From Desulfosporosinus meridiei DSM 13257 (GTDB taxonomy: Bacteria; Bacillota; Desulfitobacteriia; Desulfitobacteriales; Desulfitobacteriaceae), in NCBI RefSeq assembly GCF_000231385.2, contig NC_018515.1, positions 4,829,624-4,861,623 of the forward strand: a stretch of DNA of 32,000 nt, in the 5' to 3' direction. The position numbers and the translations under genes are program-made. The notes under the pieces were generated by a model, which worked only from the letters and a program-made list of their open reading frames with translations, searched no databases and had not been told where the DNA came from. Below are positions 28,252-32,000 of this stretch, piece by piece (positions within the stretch are counted from its first letter, which is position 1; each line of letters begins with the position of its first letter).

Positions 28252-28259
28252 CATCAAAT

Positions 28260-30161
28260 CTATATTTTTCCCAGAATTCTCTTGTCTCCCTTTCGTTGAG
28301 TGACACGTTGTTGGTCAAAATACTCTAACAAAGGAACTGTATATTTACGGGAAGTCTCCCACAATTCTCTTACCTCTGCTACCCCAACTTCTCCTTTTAA
28401 TCCTAACAATCCTATTAAGTTCTGCTTTGCCTCTTGAATATCCTCACTTTTAAAGTAAAACCCGCTGATAAACACCCATTCCCCCTGATCACATAAGTAG
28501 CCCGCATATTCTTGAATATCGGCTTTTCCTATTCCACACTTTTCAGCAGCTGAACTTAATTCAGGAGGCATAAGCTTGACAGTCTGCCACAGAGATCTTA
28601 AGTCATTTAATCCTTTCATAATTGAGAGCGGAATCTGTGCCCCTTCATTCGTTTGAACCTTACTTCCGGAGATTTTATAAAACTTTCGGGCACTTCCTTG
28701 TTCTAATATCATCTGCCAACGTCTATGACTCCACAGTATTCCTAGGCGGGTTTTTAGTTCTTCCCTACTAATTCCACCTCTTAACGGAAATTCTTGTTCA
28801 TTTGTTTTTACAACTTTTATGAGTTTTTCTCTCCAGGTTTCAGCATCTTTTTTTGCCCAATAAAGAGCAACATCATCTTCTGACCAAATCTCTAACCTTT
28901 CCTGTTCCTCCAGCGATTTCAAGTTTTCAGCTAAATCATCAAGGTTGACGTGTAATCGATTTGCCAAATCTTTAGCAGCTCTTGGTTCATCCATCTCTCT
29001 CTCTAAAAGGTCGAGAGGATCTCCCTGATCTTTGATCTTCAGTTGTGCTAATACACTTTCCTTAAAGCGTTTCAATTTAAGCTCTGCTACATCTAATACT
29101 TTACCTCCTGCTATTGTGAAAGTAGGAGAGTAAAATCTTAAAACAAACCGGTCTCCTGGTGCTGCAAGAACGGGCTCTTCTAATAATATCTGAGCAAACC
29201 CCTCACCACCAGGATTAATCTCCTTATGTTCTAAGAGGTGTAGGCGTCCCAATATTTCAGTTGTCCCAATATGAAAGCGAACTCTCTGCCTCTGCACTAA
29301 AGGCTTTTCTGCTGTGGTAAGGTTTGTTACTTTTAAATCCAATATATTTCCAACTTTAAAAACCTTTGGTTTTACGAGTACTGAGCCCCTAACAACTTCT
29401 GATACATCTACCCCGGCAAGATTGACAGCTACCCTCTGGCCCGCCCCAGCAAAGTTAACTTTTTTATTATAAACTTGTAATGAGCGAACTTTTGACAGTA
29501 GATTACTAGGCTCTATTGCCAACTCCTGCCCCAATTCTATAGTCCCACTATGAAGAGTGCCTGTCACGACCGTCCCAAAACCCTGGATGCTAAAAACTCT
29601 ATCAATTGGCATTCTTACTGGGCCGATTGACTTCTTACTTTCTACTTCAGAAAGCAAATTATCAATAATATCTCGAAGGTCGTCAATACCTTGACCTGTT
29701 ACAGCTGAAACGCGACATATTTGAGCTTGATTGAAGGCCGTATCTTTAAGTTTATTATGTATCTCTTCATCCATGAGATCAAGCCACTCGTCATCAACAA
29801 GATCTGCCTTATTTATGACAACAATTCCTCTGGGAATTCCCAGCAAAGTCAATATATCTATATGTTCTTGAGTCTGAGGCATTATTCCCTCATCAGCTGC
29901 AATGACCAATAGTACAACATCCATTCCGCTTGCCCCCGCCAACATCTGACGGACAAAACGTTCATGACCTGGAACATCAATCATTCCAACTTGACGGCCG
30001 CTTGGAAGTAACATATGTGCAAAACCAAGTTCTATTGAGATACCTCTTTGCTTTTCTTCTTTTAATCGGTCAGTATCCATACCGGAGAGAGCACGAATTA
30101 GCTCAGTTTTACCATGGTCTACATGTCCGGCTGTTCCCACTAAATAGTGTCTTTCACCCAT
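28260..30161 (-). CDS. selB: Selenocysteine-specific translation elongation factor SelB
   Basis: 633 aa. The EF-Tu-like GTPase has G1 GHVDHGKT, G3 DVPGHERF and G4 NKADL motifs. A long C-terminal extension follows, of the kind that forms the winged-helix SECIS-binding domains. Confidence 0.93.
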   Translation of the reverse strand: MGERHYLVGTAGHVDHGKTELIRALSGMDTDRLKEEKQRGISIELGFAHMLLPSGRQVGMIDVPGHERFVRQMLAGASGMDVVLLVIAADEGIMPQTQEHIDILTLLGIPRGIVVINKADLVDDEWLDLMDEEIHNKLKDTAFNQAQICRVSAVTGQGIDDLRDIIDNLLSEVESKKSIGPVRMPIDRVFSIQGFGTVVTGTLHSGTIELGQELAIEPSNLLSKVRSLQVYNKKVNFAGAGQRVAVNLAGVDVSEVVRGSVLVKPKVFKVGNILDLKVTNLTTAEKPLVQRQRVRFHIGTTEILGRLHLLEHKEINPGGEGFAQILLEEPVLAAPGDRFVLRFYSPTFTIAGGKVLDVAELKLKRFKESVLAQLKIKDQGDPLDLLEREMDEPRAAKDLANRLHVNLDDLAENLKSLEEQERLEIWSEDDVALYWAKKDAETWREKLIKVVKTNEQEFPLRGGISREELKTRLGILWSHRRWQMILEQGSARKFYKISGSKVQTNEGAQIPLSIMKGLNDLRSLWQTVKLMPPELSSAAEKCGIGKADIQEYAGYLCDQGEWVFISGFYFKSEDIQEAKQNLIGLLGLKGEVGVAEVRELWETSRKYTVPLLEYFDQQRVTQRKGDKRILGKI

Positions 30162-30226
30162 TTTAGTTCCCCTTAAGCTATTTGCATATTATATTTTATA
30201 TCTTATATAGTTTACTAGTCATATTT

Positions 30227-30256
30227 ACTATAGCAAAATTGTAACTTGTTTAGCAA
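30227..30256 (-). promoter_or_regulatory. Candidate sigma-A promoter for selB
   Basis: On the minus strand, TTGCTA (30256-30251), an 18-nt spacer and TATAGT (30232-30227). Confidence 0.4.
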
Positions 30257-30264
30257 ACTCAAAT

Positions 30265-31296
30265 TTATCTCTTTAGCCAATAATACATTATTACAGGTAA
30301 AAATACTAAGCCTAGGTATCCAAACAGAGGATAAACAATCTGCACAATTTGAGAAAATTTGACCCCAGCTAATGGCAGTAACAATACAAATAATGCTAAT
30401 GTCGCTCTCCCATAGTTTAAACGACCTGAATCAACAACTCTGCTTATTAGACTAAAGCCATTCCCTACCGCTGCAGTAATCATAGCTAACCACAAGACTA
30501 CAACATAGAAAAAAGCCGGCCATTCACCTAACTTGCCTGCAATTCCAACCATCGGAATTTCAAGGCCTAATATATCTGGAAAGCTTAGCAAAGATACACC
30601 TATGGCTAATGCAAATAATCCTAAAGCAATTCCTCCAAGCAAAGCCCCTAACCGGGCACCTGCTTTCTGTACATCTCGTCCAAGAGATGCAAATACTACC
30701 ATTGCCAATGTAACGTTAAATGAGACATATAAGATGGCTGAGATAAACCAATTACTAACAATCGGGTTTTCGACGATTATGGTAGGTTGATTTCCCACTG
30801 AGCCGGCAAGAAATGTTGCTACTGTGGCAATTCCTAAACAAAAAATGAATTTTAAAGGAATGAGTACGGAATTTATCCAAAGCACTCCTTCTCCCCGATA
30901 CCACAAGGCTAATGCGATCACACTTGCTGTCAGTAAAATACCTGACCACCTTGAGAAGCCAAAATACTCTTGAAAGAGAGCCCCACTGCCAGATATCATT
31001 GCTAGCATACCTACAAATAAGAGAATACTAACAAGGATATCTGCCCACCTTCCTAATTTTGAACCCAGCAAATAATTGAAGAAATCATCATAGGATGTTA
31101 CTTTCCAACGACTCTGTAAATCAAGCATACCCCAACCTAGGAGCGAAAAAAGAAATGAACTCAGCACAACTCCTACTAAACCCCAATATCCAAACCGTGC
31201 AAAGAACTGTTGTATTTCCTGACCAGAGGCAAAGCCAGCCCCCATCACCGCACCTACGTAGGTTGCAGCCACTTGAAAAGATGTTTTCCAACGCAT
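30265..31296 (-). CDS. YkvI-family membrane protein (putative transporter, COG3949-like)
   Basis: 343 aa with about 10 or more hydrophobic helices. The N-terminal motif FQVAATYVGAVMGAGFASGQEIQQFF is characteristic of the YkvI family. Confidence 0.7.
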   Translation of the reverse strand: MRWKTSFQVAATYVGAVMGAGFASGQEIQQFFARFGYWGLVGVVLSSFLFSLLGWGMLDLQSRWKVTSYDDFFNYLLGSKLGRWADILVSILLFVGMLAMISGSGALFQEYFGFSRWSGILLTASVIALALWYRGEGVLWINSVLIPLKFIFCLGIATVATFLAGSVGNQPTIIVENPIVSNWFISAILYVSFNVTLAMVVFASLGRDVQKAGARLGALLGGIALGLFALAIGVSLLSFPDILGLEIPMVGIAGKLGEWPAFFYVVVLWLAMITAAVGNGFSLISRVVDSGRLNYGRATLALFVLLLPLAGVKFSQIVQIVYPLFGYLGLVFLPVIMYYWLKR

Positions 31297-31345
31297 GATT
31301 ACTCCCTCCTCGCCATCATGCTTATGGCTAGAAATGGGATCTCAT

Positions 31346-31375
31346 GCATAAAAGATGATCTATTTGGTAAATAAT
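31346..31375 (+). promoter_or_regulatory. Possible forespore-type (sigma-F/G-like) promoter upstream of yyaC
   Basis: GCATA (31346-31350), a 15-nt spacer and GGTAAATAAT (31366-31375). It resembles the GYATA-N15-GGnnAnAHTR architecture, but the -10 match is imperfect. Confidence 0.3.
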
Positions 31376-31422
31376 TTAATGAATAGCTAAGTTTTTTAGT
31401 ACATCGAGTAAGGGGGCTGCTT

Positions 31423-31995
31423 GTGAGTTTATTTTCATTGCTTACTGAAACTCAAAAAATTAAAGCCCATGTGGATGATTATACCGCAAAAGAGAAACTT
31501 GAGACGCGTCTCTCAGATCTTTTTGTTTCTACTCAGAAACGCCCCGCTGTTATTTTATGTATAGGGACAGATCGTTCAACGGGAGATGCTTTAGGGCCAT
31601 TAATTGGCACACAGCTCTCCCGTCTAAAACTCCCTGAACTTAATGTCTATGGTACATTAGATAATCCCGTACATGCTACAAACCTCGAATCAAACGTTTA
31701 TAACATAAAAAGTATTTTTTCAAATCCATTTATTATTGCAGTAGACGCTTGTTTAGGGCGTCTTGACTCAATCGGCTGTATTACTCTTTCTGATGGGCCA
31801 TTAAAGCCTGGGGCAGGTGTTAATAAAAATCTGCCAGAAGTAGGTGAAGCTCATATGACCGGTATTGTTAATGTGGGGGGCTTTATGGAATATATGGTTT
31901 TGCAAAACACTCGTCTCAACTTAGTTTGGAGACTGTCCGAGAATATCAGTTCTATAATTACTCGTTCATATTTGAAAGTACGGAGGAGCAACTAA
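31423..31995 (+). CDS. yyaC: Sporulation protein YyaC (putative spore protease, DUF1256)
   Basis: 190 aa. The start is GTG, preceded by AAGGGGG. The motif ILCIGTDRSTGDALGPLIGT is diagnostic of YyaC. The stop TAA at 31993-31995 makes the gene complete. Confidence 0.88.
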   Translation: MSLFSLLTETQKIKAHVDDYTAKEKLETRLSDLFVSTQKRPAVILCIGTDRSTGDALGPLIGTQLSRLKLPELNVYGTLDNPVHATNLESNVYNIKSIFSNPFIIAVDACLGRLDSIGCITLSDGPLKPGAGVNKNLPEVGEAHMTGIVNVGGFMEYMVLQNTRLNLVWRLSENISSIITRSYLKVRRSN

Positions 31996-32000
31996 GCAGT

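Noticed and set aside
27769-28259. T-box leader upstream of the liv operon
   Set aside because: There is no T-box core sequence or specifier/antiterminator arrangement on the minus strand.

Overview
This window looks like core chromosome from a low-GC, endospore-forming Firmicute, probably Clostridia or Peptococcaceae-like. That guess rests on gene content (lonC, yyaC, ykvI, selB and tRNA-Sec) and I cannot verify the taxonomy. 28 of the 29 supported CDSs lie on the minus strand. They form the conserved origin-proximal housekeeping block: purA, purB, dnaB, lonC, rplI, yybS, rpsR-ssb-rpsF, ychF, a DUF951 gene, an MscS-type channel, an M18 aminopeptidase and cvpA. Next come tRNA-Sec, DUF2889 and CBS/ACT genes, a five-gene branched-chain amino acid ABC transporter (liv type), selB, a YkvI-family membrane protein and yyaC. 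The left end carries tRNA-Phe, tRNA-Glu and tRNA-Lys, plus two tandem, near-identical methyl-accepting chemotaxis protein (MCP) genes. I found no mobile element, CRISPR array, defence island or convincing novel multi-gene system. The most notable signals are regulatory or architectural. (1) A clear GEMM-I (c-di-GMP-I) riboswitch sits in the leader of only one of the two MCP paralogues. (2) The MCP pair has a mosaic divergence pattern: the signalling half is essentially identical, and substitutions cluster in the sCache_2 sensor. (3) selB and tRNA-Sec are separated by about 7 kb of unrelated genes, with no selA, selD or TGA-interrupted ORF in view. (4) A PurBox-like inverted pair plus promoter lies upstream of an uncharacterised Cys-rich flavoprotein that appears co-transcribed with purB-purA. 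(5) Several long spacers remain unassigned. All RNA and promoter calls were made by eye from the sequence and need covariance-model or experimental confirmation.
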